From positions 34,957,686 to 34,990,230 of the forward strand of contig NC_069005.1 in assembly GCF_001194135.2 (NCBI RefSeq): 32,545 nt of DNA, written 5' to 3'. Positions 11,999-22,277 of this stretch are shown in pieces (position 1 is the stretch's first letter; each line of letters begins with the position of its first letter). The notes below the pieces were generated by a model that saw only the letters and a program-made list of their open reading frames with translations, was not told the DNA's origin and did not search any database. Source of the stretch: Octopus bimaculoides (taxonomy: Eukaryota). A program made the translations under genes and the position numbers.

Positions 11999-12039
<41 letters not shown>

Positions 12040-12177
12040 CACACACACACACACACACACACACGCATATATATATGCATACATATATACACACATACAT
12101 ATATATTATATATATACGCACACATATATATATGTATGTGTTTTTAATTAATTTTGAGGTTCATCTCACTCGCGAAT

Positions 12178-13065
12178 GTCATGGGATGCATCATCAGTGA
12201 TGTTTCTGGAGTCCTGGGATGTTTCAATGAATTCAGCCGGGATTGATCAAGTTCCACCTTTTATATCTCAAAAGCTGCAAACCACTGGCCTCTGCTCTCT
12301 CTATCCAACGCCCCCTAGGGACCTTCTCTTCAATTTCTAGCCCTCTCCTCTTTGCTGCCCCAGTAATTCCAAGCCCAGCCAACGCTTTACAAAATGAACG
12401 CCCTACAAACCCGCTTCGGTTGCCTCGCAACGATCTTAGTGTCACGGAAGCTTCCTCTCGTCAGCTTTTTGCATGTGTTCCTCTCCCAGTACAATCAGTT
12501 CCCACACTATCATCCGTTTGGTGGAATTCGAGGTCACTATCTCTGGGCAGAGTATTGTCGGTACGATGTGATCTGGGAAGTTTAACCAGTCTATGAGTTT
12601 CTCTCTCAGCGGCCAGTCTGGGGCTGAGGAATGTAATCATGATGGTCCTTGAAATTTCTGTGAGTTGGTCTTCTCTCTGAAAAAAATAATGGTTTCTTTC
12701 TTGGACTGAATGGTTATCGATATCACATGCCAACCACGCTGAGCTCCTGGTCATGCCACCAGCGGTAGTGACCATCGGCTAATGCCGTGGGGAAAATGCT
12801 GAGGAGTTGTTGAAAAGACTCTCTTTTAGTACCCAAGGGACGGGGTGGTGCTTCAGTCTTGCTCCATGTAAGGAGTTAAGTGTCGTAGACAGCCTAGATT
12901 GGAAATCTGATGCGCTGAGCGTTCGCCCTCTGCAGATCGAACACGGTAATGTTCTGCTATTATATATTGGCCCATCTTGTCCAGGTTCCTTGTTGGCTGA
13001 GTCCCAACATCCTGCTAGCCGCCTTCAATGTCTATTTGAACTTCTTGGACACTGTTAGTGTGTGG
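12178..13065 (-). mobile_element. Decayed HERO-like non-LTR retrotransposon (RLE class), 3' portion plus 3' UTR
   Basis: Minus-strand translation in order: QQGTWTRW...RIRFPI*AVYDT*...WSKTEAPPRPLG...QQLLSIFPTALADGHYRWWHDQEL (degenerate CCHC knuckle plus DGRYxWRHD), DWPL...FPDHIVPTILCPEIV...VWELIVLGEEHMQKADERK (PD..ELTVPWE..ERK endonuclease), RGNRSGFVGRSFCKALAGLGITGAAKRR..ERAEAS. The 3' UTR-like TGATCAATCCCGGCTG...ACATCACTGATGATG resembles HERO ends as I recall them. Confidence 0.85.
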
Positions 13066-13104
13066 ACACTCTCAGATGATATTGTTTCACTTTCAAACTG
13101 CTTT

Positions 13105-13138
<34 letters not shown>

Positions 13139-13225
13139 AATGTAGGTAGGAAGGTAGACAGGTAAGCAGGAATGTAGTAAGATAGACAGGTGGGAAAGTA
13201 GATAGGTAGGTAGGCAGGTGAGTAG
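13105..13225. repeat. (GATA)n/(GGTA)n tetranucleotide repeat tract
   Basis: Directly visible, abutting the 5'-truncated end of the HERO-like element. Confidence 0.85.
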
Positions 13226-13637
13226 ATTTCCAAGGGCCCCATGAGACATATGAAACCGAGATGTGCTAATGTGGGTCACGTGATCTCTTACAAATTTACA
13301 ACTTCTTAAGATTTTCCCGCAGACGCCATTGAATTATCTTCGTCAACCTTGATGAGATTTGACAGTTTCCGGAAGCAAATAAGACCTCTTCCTCCATCGA
13401 TCCAACACTCGAATCAGTTTGGAAATTCTTCTAAAGGCCACTCCGATATATTTCTGGCAAACCAGCGTTCTAAATGTCAAAGGTCACTCAAGGAAGGATT
13501 GGTTGACAAATTTGGTCAAATGAAGAAAGAGTGACTGGGGTGGATGCGGGTGGTGTAGTCGTGGGAGGAGGAGGAGGAAGAGGAGGAGAGAGGCGGTGAA
13601 TGAGGGAACGAGAAAAGAAAGTGAGAAAACAGGGGTA

Positions 13638-13671
<34 letters not shown>

Positions 13672-13904
13672 AGGGTTGGAATGCAAGGGGGTGAACTGAG
13701 ACGGGTAAGGGTTTAAAATGATAGATAGATAGACGGACAGGTAGGTATACAGGTAGATAAATAGTTTGGCAGATAGAAAGGTGAGTAGGAAAAGAGAGTG
13801 AGATTTGAGAAGTGAGTGAGAGAGAGACAGAGAGGATGGACATATGTATGTGTGTGTGTGAGTGTGTGTGTATACATATATACATACATACATACATACA
13901 TATT

Positions 13905-13935
<31 letters not shown>

Positions 13936-14269
13936 CAAATATTGAAGGGCGATAGAGGAGGAAGAAAGTGATTGAAAGGTTGTAGTGGGAGATAAGTGTA
14001 AGTAGTAGAGGTGGATGGGATGTGGTGGTAGGAGAGAGATAGAGAGAGTCTAGGGAGAGAGAGCGAGGGGGGGAAAGGACAAGGAGAATATGGTTATGTT
14101 GCCTGCATGTGATAGTATATGTGTGCGTATGTGTAGAAAATGGTGTGTGTGTGTGTGTATATATACGTGTATATATATATATATATATGCGTGTGTGTGA
14201 CTAAAGACACAGGTTGGAACAACAGCAACAACAACGAGAATAACAACAATAATTATTATTATTATTGTA

Positions 14270-14462
14270 CTTGTTTTAAGTTTGGCACAACACCAGCAAT
14301 TTGAGGGGAGGGGGTTAATCGATTACATCGTCCACAGTACTTAACTGGCACTTTATTTTATCGACTCCAACCCCGGGATTTGAACCCCGAACAGAAAGAG
14401 CCGGAAGAAATGCTTAACAGCAGTTTGACCGTCTCGCTAACGATTCTACCAGCTCGCTGCTT
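14270..14462 (-). mobile_element. SINE family A copy with internal deletion
   Basis: ATCGATTACATCG...AACTGGCAC...TTTATCGAC|TCCAACCCCGGGATTTGAACCC: lacks the GAAAGGATGAAAGGCAAAG segment. Head AACGATTCTACCAGCTCGCTGC. Confidence 0.82.
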
Positions 14463-14501
14463 TGTATAAAAATACCACTACTACTACTACTACTACTACT
14501 A

Positions 14502-14703
14502 ATAATAATAATAATAATAATCCTTTCTACTATAGGCACAAGGCTTGAAAATTCGGGGGAGGGGTTAAATTGCTTACATCGCCCCCGAAAGGATGAGAGG
14601 CAAATTCGACCTCGGCAGAATTTGAACTCAGAACGTAGCGACGGGCGAAATACCGCTAAGCATTTCACCCGGCGTGCTAACGATTCTGCCAGCTCACCGT
14701 CTT
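14502..14703 (-). mobile_element. SINE family A copy with (TAT)n tail and internal deletion
   Basis: (AAT)n, CCTTTCTACTATAGGCACAAGGC tail, TTACATCGCCCCC|GAAAGGATGAGAGGC (lacks the CCAGT..ACTGGTAC segment), GAATTTGAACTCAGAACG, intact head to CAGCTCACCGTCTT. Confidence 0.9.
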
Positions 14704-14706
<3 letters not shown>

Positions 14707-14738
<32 letters not shown>

Positions 14739-14916
14739 TAATAATAATAATGCACTAGGCCTGAAATTTTGGAGAAGGGCGATAGACGATTACATCGACT
14801 CTAGTTTTCAACTGGTACTTATTTTATCGATCCCGATAATGAAAGGCTAAGTCGACCTCCACAGAATTTGAACTGAAACGTAAAGGCTGGTGAAATGCTG
14901 CTAAGCATCAACGATT
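14707..14916 (-). mobile_element. SINE family A copy, head partly deleted
   Basis: (AAT)n tail, AGGCCTGAAATTTTGG, CGATTACATCGAC, AACTGGTACTTATTTTATCGATCCC, GTCGACCTC, GAATTTGAAC, GCTAAGCATCAACGATT. Confidence 0.85.
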
Positions 14917-15045
14917 GTTGTAGTGTTTGTGAAGGTCGTAACCCGAATCCCTTAATGTAGACCACAAAAATATCAACAACAACGTTAACAACAACGCGGT
15001 GGTAATAACAACAACAACAACAACAACAATCAGAAAACGTCTCTT

Positions 15046-15240
15046 ACCTCCATGTTGTGCCTGCTGGGAGGATGCTCCTCCGACCAGAGAACTTCAACAG
15101 CCAAAATGGCGGCGTAGTAAAATTGAAACATTAAAATGGTGATCCGGAAGTGTTGTACTGAAACATCCGTCAGAGGTCGCAGGCAAGATCACGTGGATCA
15201 TACGATAGGATCTCGTGGATCATGTGGCTTTGTGAGATCA
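15046..15240 (-). promoter_or_regulatory. Candidate promoter, 5' UTR and first coding mini-exon (ATG GAG|gtaaga)
   Basis: Minus strand reads CAAC-ATG-GAG|GTAAGAG (ATG at 15053-15051, donor at 15047). YY1-type AAAATGGCGGC at 15103-15113, ETS-type CCGGAAGTG at 15144-15152, E-box-like CACGTG/CTCGTG/CATGTG at 15190-15226. Motif-only evidence. Confidence 0.4.
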
Positions 15241-16317
15241 AGGAGTTGCTCGAACACTGTCAACATCATTAGCAACAACCACAACATCAGTATCGCCTTT
15301 ACTATCATCATCATCATCATCAAAAACAGTATCAAACGAAGCAATATTAACCACAACTTAAACATCATGATGATGGTGACGATGATGATGGTGGTGATGA
15401 TGATGATAATGTTGGCAATAGTGATGATGATGATGACAACGACCATAATTAGCGGTTGTTGTTGTCAATTAGTCTCAAGATTTGTTATTTGTGTTGTTTT
15501 TGTATTTATGGTCGCTTCTTTCTAATGATTTTGGACATTCATGTTGTTCTTATAGGTGTTATTGCAGCAGCAGCAGAAGTAGTAGTAGTAGTAATGTTCT
15601 CCATTACATCTTCCTACTGTTAAATATCACCACTTTAAATCTGTCATATTTCCAATATTGTCTCTCCACCCTCACCTCCTCTCCATTCGCTGTCAACTGG
15701 TTTATTGGTCAATTTTCAGCCAGAACACTGTTAATTGACCACTGGTCTAGTTTATCTCGCAATAAATACTTGGCCAGCATTCCCATTATTTCTTAACTAT
15801 CCACATGACAATCACCCCCACCGCCCATCCACCCGTGACCCACACCCCTTCTCTAATCACAGTTCACACCACCAACTCATTCTCCCCCACCCACTCCATC
15901 TCACACTAACCACAACCTCTCACTCCCCACATCCCTTGCCGCCTCCCATTGTCTTGTACCTACTTACAGCTAGACGGACTGCGACGTTACATGTTTATGT
16001 GAGACAGCAGCGACAGGATACATAATTCAAATTCTTCCATGGTTTTATCAGGTATCAATAGTTTCCTCAATCGTTTTCTCCAAACACATACACTCACTCA
16101 CACACACATATACATACTCATACATACATATACTCATACGCACACATATACATACAGACATATACACACGTGTATGTAACTGGTCTAGAGGCATGTATTA
16201 TTTCCACCTATTAAGTATAGCGACCTTGTATTACCCCGTTATGGGTGAGACTGTTTTGGTCCTTTCATATGTAAACTGATTCGGTTACCTACCATAAATC
16301 ATATCGTATCATATCTC

Positions 16318-16361
<44 letters not shown>

Positions 16362-16659
16362 TTGTAAATTGTAAAACATAACTGTCACCACTACTACGAG
16401 AGGAGGCCTCAAATGTACTACATAAACAAAGTATTTACCTTAAGTTATCCCGTGAGATGTGAAAGTTCTTTAGTGCTTGTTTACTTTATCAGCCGTTGTT
16501 GAACTAAAGACTGTTAGTTGTTTAAATACATATCAAATTGGTGTATGGTGGTGATTGATACATAAATCGATCAGGAATGGTAAGAAAGAAGTAATCACCT
16601 CATGTATCACTGAGAACTGTCTCAGAAAAGTAGTGCCAAATGGCCTCAAATTTGAGTGA

Positions 16660-16835
16660 TGGCCATAATCGATTAAATCCCTCTCAGTATGTGACCAGTG
16701 CATTATTTTATTGATTAGAGGAGAATGAAAGGCAAAGCTGATGTCGGCTGCGGTTGAATTAGGAACGTAAAGGACTGTAACGAAATACCACAGCAGATCA
16801 TGTCTGGCGCTCTACCGGCTCAGCCGATTCGTCGA
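16660..16835 (-). mobile_element. Old diverged SINE family A copy
   Basis: TAATCGATTAAATCC...ATTATTTTATTGATT...AATGAAAGGCAAAGCTGATGTCGG...GAATTAGGAACGTAAAGGAC follow the family A order with many substitutions. Confidence 0.6.
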
Positions 16836-16855
16836 AGGAATGAAACAAAAGAAAA

Positions 16856-16975
16856 CGTCGGTTACGACGACGAAGGATCCAGTTGATCCGATCAACGGAA
16901 CATCCTGCTCGTGAAATTATCATGCAAGTGGCTGAGTACTTCACAGACATGTGTACCCTTAATGTAATTCATAGG
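16856..16975 (-). mobile_element. SINE family C, 3' fragment
   Basis: 16856-16897 matches 28391-28432 at 39/42 nt (CGTCGGTTACGACGACGA..G.TCCAGTTGATCCGATCAACG). Strand is taken from the head position in the 28.4 kb copy. Confidence 0.75.
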
Positions 16976-17160
16976 ATTTCTACATCAGGAACGACCAGGG
17001 GTAAACAACAAATACGCAGACATCTCACACACACACACACACATACACACACACACACGGTGAGGGGGTGGCGCTTGTCTGTCAAGCTGTGTACGATGTA
17101 CTCGGCGGGGTGGGCGAGAGATTGGGAGAAAGGTTACCTACAACTAATTGAAGAACAGAA

Positions 17161-20100
17161 TTTCTCTCTTTCCTCCTCTCTCTCCTTTCCCATCTCTCTC
17201 TCTCTCTCTCCTTTTAACTTGTTTCTCTCTCTTCTTCCTCTCCCCTCCCATCTCTCTCCCTCTCTATCTCTCTCTCCGTTCCCATCTCTCTCTCCTTTAC
17301 CTCTTGTTTCTCTCTCTCTCATTTTCCTCTTGTTTCTCTCACCTCCCATCTCTCTCCCTCTCTATCTCTCTCACCTTTCCCATCTCTCTCTCTCTCCTTT
17401 TCCTCTTGTTTCTCTCTCTTTCTCTCCCCTCCCATCCCATCTCTCACTCTCCTTTCCCCATCTCTCTCTCTCTCCTTTTCCTCTTATTGCTCTCTCTTTC
17501 TCCTTTCCCATCTCTCACTCTCATTTTCCTCTTGTTTCTCTCTCTTTCTCTCCCCTCCCATCTCATCTCTCTCTCTCCTTTCCCATCTCTCTCATTTTCC
17601 TCTTGTTTCTCTCTCTTTCTCTCCCCTCCCATCTCTCTAACTCTCTATCTCTCTCTCGTTTCCCATCTCTCTCTATCCTTTCCCATCTCTCTCTCTCCTT
17701 TTCCTCTAGTTTCTCTCTGTTTCTCTCCCCTAGCCTCCCATCTCTCTCTCTCCTTTCCCATCTCATCTCTCTCTCTCCTTTTCCTCTTGTTTCTCTCTCT
17801 TTCTCTCCCCTCCCATCTCATCTCTCTCTCCTTTCCCATCTCTCTCTCGTTTTCCTCTTGTTTCTCTCTGTTTCTCTCCCCTCCTTTCCCATCTCTCTTT
17901 CTCCTTTCCCATCACTCTCTCTCCTTTTCCTCTTGTTTCTCTCTGTTTCTCTCCCCTAGCATCCCATCTCTCTCTCTCCTTTCCCATCTCTATCTCTCCT
18001 TTTCCACTTGTTTCTCTCTCTTTCCCTCCCCTCCTTTCCCATCTCTCTTTCTCCTTTCCCATCTCTCTCTCTCCCTGTCTATCTCTCTCTCCTTTCCCAT
18101 CTCTCTCTCTCCTTTCCCATCTCTCTCTCCTTTCCCATCTCTCTCTCTCCTTTTCCTCTTGTTTCTCTCACTTTCTCTCCCGTCCCATCACATCTCTCTC
18201 TCTCCTTTCCCATCTCTCTCTCTCTCCTTTCCCATCTCTCTCTCTCCTTTTCCTCTTGTTTCTCTCTCTTTCTCTCCCCTCCCATCTCATCTCTCTCTCT
18301 CCTTTTCCTCTTGTTTATGTCTCTTTCTCTCCCCTCCCATCTCATCTCTCTCTCTCTCCTTTCCCATCTCACTCTCTCCTTTCCCATCTCTCTCTCTCCT
18401 TCTCTCCCCTCTCATCTCATCTCTCTCTCTCATTTTCCTCTTGTTTCTCTCTATTTCTCTCCCATCTCATCTCTCTCGCTCCTTTCCCATTTCTCTCTCC
18501 TTTTCCTCTTGGTTCTCTCTCTTTCTCTCCCCTCCCATCTCATCTCTCTCTCTCCTTTGCCTCTTGTTTCTCTCTCTTTCTCTCCCCTCCCATCTGATCT
18601 CTCTCTCTCTACTTTTCCTCTTCTTTCTCTCTCATTCTCTCCCCTCCCATCTCATTTCTCTCTCTCCTTTCCCATCTCTCTCCTTTTCCTCTTGTTTCTC
18701 TCTCTTTCTCTCCCCTCCCATCTCATCTCTCTCTCTCCTTTCCCATTTCTCTCTCTCCTTTTCCTCTTGTTTCTCTCGCTTTCTCTCACCTTTCCCATCT
18801 CTCTCTCTCTCCTTTTCCTCTTGTTTCTCTCTCTCTCTCTCTCCTTTTCCTCTTGTTTCTCTCTCTCTCTCTCCTTTCCCATCTCTCTCTCCTTTCCCAT
18901 CTCTCTCTGTCCTTTCCCATCTCTCTCTCTCCTTTTCCTCTTGTTTCTTTCTCTTGCTCTCCCCTCCCATCTCATCTCTCTCTCTCCTTTCCCATCTCTC
19001 TCTCCTTTTCCTCTTGTTTCTCTCTCTTTCTCTCCCCTCCCATCTCTCTACCTCTCTATCTCTCTCTCCTTTCCCATCCCTCTCTCTCCTTTTCCTCGTT
19101 TCTCTCTCTTTCTCTTCCCTCTCATCTCTCTCTCTCTCCTTTCCCATCTCTCTCTCTCCTTTTCCTCTTGTTTCTCTCTCTTTCTCTCCTTTCCCATCTC
19201 ACTCCTTTTCCTCTTGTTTCTCTCTCCCCTCCCATCTCATCATTCTCTCTCCTTTCCCATCTCTCTCTCTCCTTTACCTCTTGTTTCTCTCTCCTTCTCT
19301 CCCCTCCCATCTCATTTCTCTCTCTCCTTTCCCATCTCTCTCTCTCATTTTCCTCTTGTTTCTCTCTCTTTCTATCCCATCTCATCTCTCTCTCCTTTCC
19401 CATCTCTCTCTCTCTCCTATTCCTCTTGATTCTCTCTCTTTCTCTCCCCTCCCATCTCATCTCTCTCTCTCCTTTGCCATTTCTCACTCTCCTTTTCCTC
19501 TTGCTTCTCCCTCTTTCTCTCCCATCTCATCTCTCTCTCCTTTCTCATCTCTCTGCTTTTCCTCTTGTTTCTCTCTCCCCTCCCATCCCATCTCTCTCTC
19601 CTTACCCATCTCTCTCTCTCATTTTCCTCTTGTTTCTCTCTCATTCTCTCCCCTTCCATCTTTTTCCTCTTTATTTCTCTCTCTCCTTTTCCTCTTGTTT
19701 CTCCCTCTTTCTCTCCCATCTCGTCTCCCTATCCTTTCTCATCTCTCTGCTTTTCCTGTTGTTTCTCTCTCTTTCTCTCCCCTCCCATCCCATCCCATCT
19801 CATCTCTCTCTCTCTCATTTTCCTCTTGTTTCTCTCTCTCTTTCTCTCTCATTCTCTACTTCCATCTTTTTCCTCTCTCTCCTTTCCCATCTCTCTCTCT
19901 CTCCTTTTCATCTTGTTTCTCTCTCTTTCTCTCCCCTCCCATCCCATCCCATCTCATCTCTCATCTGCTTTCCCATCTCTCTCTCTCCTTTTCCTCTTGT
20001 TTCTCTCTCATTCTCTCCCCTCCCATCTCATCTCTCTCTTTCCTTTTCCTCTTGTTTCTCTCCCATCCCATCGCTCTAACTCTCTACCTCTCTCTCCTTT

Positions 20101-22277
20101 CCCATCTCTCTCTCACCTTTTCCTCTTGTTTCTCTCTCTTCCTCTCCCCTCCCATCTTATCTCTCTCTCTCCTTTCCCATCTCTCTCTCTCATTTTCCTC
20201 TTGTTTCTCTCTCTTTCTCTCCCCTCCCATCCAATCTCTCTCTCTCCTTTTCCTCTTGTTTCTCTCTCTTTCTCACCCCTCCCATCTCATCTCTCTCTCT
20301 CCTTTCCCATCTGTCTCTCTCCTTTTCCCCTTGTTACTCTCGCTTTCTCTCCCCTCCCATCTCATCTCTCTGCTTTTCATCTTGTTTCTCTCTCTTTCTC
20401 TCCCCTCCCATCTCTCTACCTCTCTCTCCTTTTCCTCTTGTTTTTCTCTCTTTCTCTCCCCTCCCATCTCATCTCTCTCTCTCCTTTCCCATCTCTCTCT
20501 CCCTCCTTTCCCATCTCTCTCTCTCCTTTTCCTCTTGGTTCTCTCTCTTTCTCTCCCCTCCGATCTCATCTCTCTCTCGCCTTTCCCATCTCTCTCTCCC
20601 TCTTTTCCCATCTCTCTCTCTCCTTTTCCTCTTGGTTCTCTCTCTTTCTCTCCCCTCCGATCTCATCTCTCTCCCTCCTTTCCCATCTCTCTCTCTCCTT
20701 TTCCTCTTGGTTCTCTCTCTTTCTCTCCCCTCCGATCTCATCTCTCTCTCTCCTTTTCCTCTTGGTTCTCTCCCCTCCGATCTCATCTCTCTCTCTCCTT
20801 TTCCTCTTGGTTCTCTCTCTTTCTCTCCCCTCCGATCCCATCTCTCTCTCCTTCCCATCTCTCTCTCCTTTTCCTCTTGTTTCTCTCTCTTTCTCTCCAC
20901 TCCCATCTCATCTCTCTCTCTCTCCCCTCCCATCTCATCTCTCTCTCTCTCCCCTCCCATCTCATCTCTCTCTCCTTTTCCTCTTGTTTCTCTCCCCTCC
21001 CATCTCATCTCTCTCTCTCCTTTCCCATCTCTCTCTCTTGTTTCTCTTTCTCTCCCCTCCCATCTCTCTCTCCTTTCCCATCGCTCTCTCTCGTTTTCCT
21101 CTTGTTTCTCTCTTTTTCTCTCCCCTACCATCCCATCTCATCTCTCTCTCTCCTTTCCCATCCCTCTCTCATTTTCCTCTTGTTTCTCTCTCTTTCTCTC
21201 TCCCCTTCCATCTCATCTCTTTCTCATTTTCCTATTGTCTCTCTCTCTTTCTCTCCCCTCCCATCCCATCTCTCTCTCCTCTTCGTCTTGTTTCTCTCCC
21301 CTCCCATCTCATCTCTCTCCTTTTCCTTCTCTCTCTTTCTCTCCCCTCCCCTCCCATCTCATCTCTCTCTCTCATTTCCCATCTCTCTCTCTCATTTTCC
21401 TCTTGTTTCTCTCTCTCTCGCCCCTCCCATCTGTCTCCCTCTCTATCTCTCTCTCCTTTCCCATCTCTCTCTCTCTCCTTTCCCATCTCATCTCTCCTTT
21501 CCCATCTCTCTCCCCTCCCATCTCATCTCTCTCTCTCTCCTTTCCCATCTCTCTCTCTCCTTTTCCTCTTGTTTCTCTCTCGTTCTCTACCCTCCCATCT
21601 CATCTCTCTCTCTCCTTTCCCATCTCTCCCTCTCCTTTTCCTCTTGTTTCTTTCCCTTTCTCTCCCCTCTCATCTCTCCTTTCCCATCTCTCTCTCTCCT
21701 TTTCCTCTTGTTTCTCTCTCTTTCTCTCCCCTCCCATCTCATCTCTCTTCTTTCCCATCTCACTCTCTCCTTTTCCTCTCTCTTTCTTTCCCCTCTCATC
21801 TTTCTCTCTCTCTCCTTTTCCTCTTGTTTCTCTCTCGCTCTCTACCCTCCCATCCCATCTCTCCCTCTCCTCTTGTTTCTCTCCCCTCTATCTCTCCTTT
21901 CCCATCTCTCTCTCTCCTTTTCCTCTTGTTTCTCTCTCTTTCTCTCCCCTCCCATCTCATCTCTCTCTCTCCCCTCCCATCTCATCTCACTCTCTCTCCT
22001 TTCCCATCTCTCTCTCTCTCCTTTTCCTCTCTCTCTCATTTTCCTCTCGTTTCTTTCTCTCCCTCTCTCCTTTTTCTCTTGTTTCTCTCTCTTTCTCTCC
22101 CCTCCCATCTCATCTCCCTCTCTCTCCTCTCCCATCTCTCCACTTTCATCGCTCTCCTTTCCCATTTCTCTCCCCTCCCATCTCTCTCTCATTTTCCTCT
22201 CCCCTCCCATCTCTCTCACTCTCCTTTCCCACTTGTTTCTCTCCCCTCCCATCTCATCTCTCTCTCATTTTCCTCTT
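17161..22277. repeat. ~5.1 kb modular polypyrimidine (CT-rich) satellite
   Basis: Built from recurring modules CCTTTTCCTCTTGTTTC(TC)n, TTTCTCTCCCCTCCCATC, TCATC(TC)n and TCCTTTCCCATC(TC)n. Plus strand almost entirely C/T. Common composite unit roughly 55-75 bp. Confidence 0.97.

Noticed and set aside
13270-13534. Unique segment with GTCACGTGA and TTCCGGAAG motifs and a 61-aa ORF
   Set aside because: No recognisable peptide in the frames examined. The minus-strand ATGGCG reading stops after six codons.
17134-22252. Minus-strand Glu/Arg/Lys-rich ORFs resembling charged coiled-coil proteins
   Set aside because: They are translations of the GA-rich strand, fragmented by frequent TGA and present in all frames.
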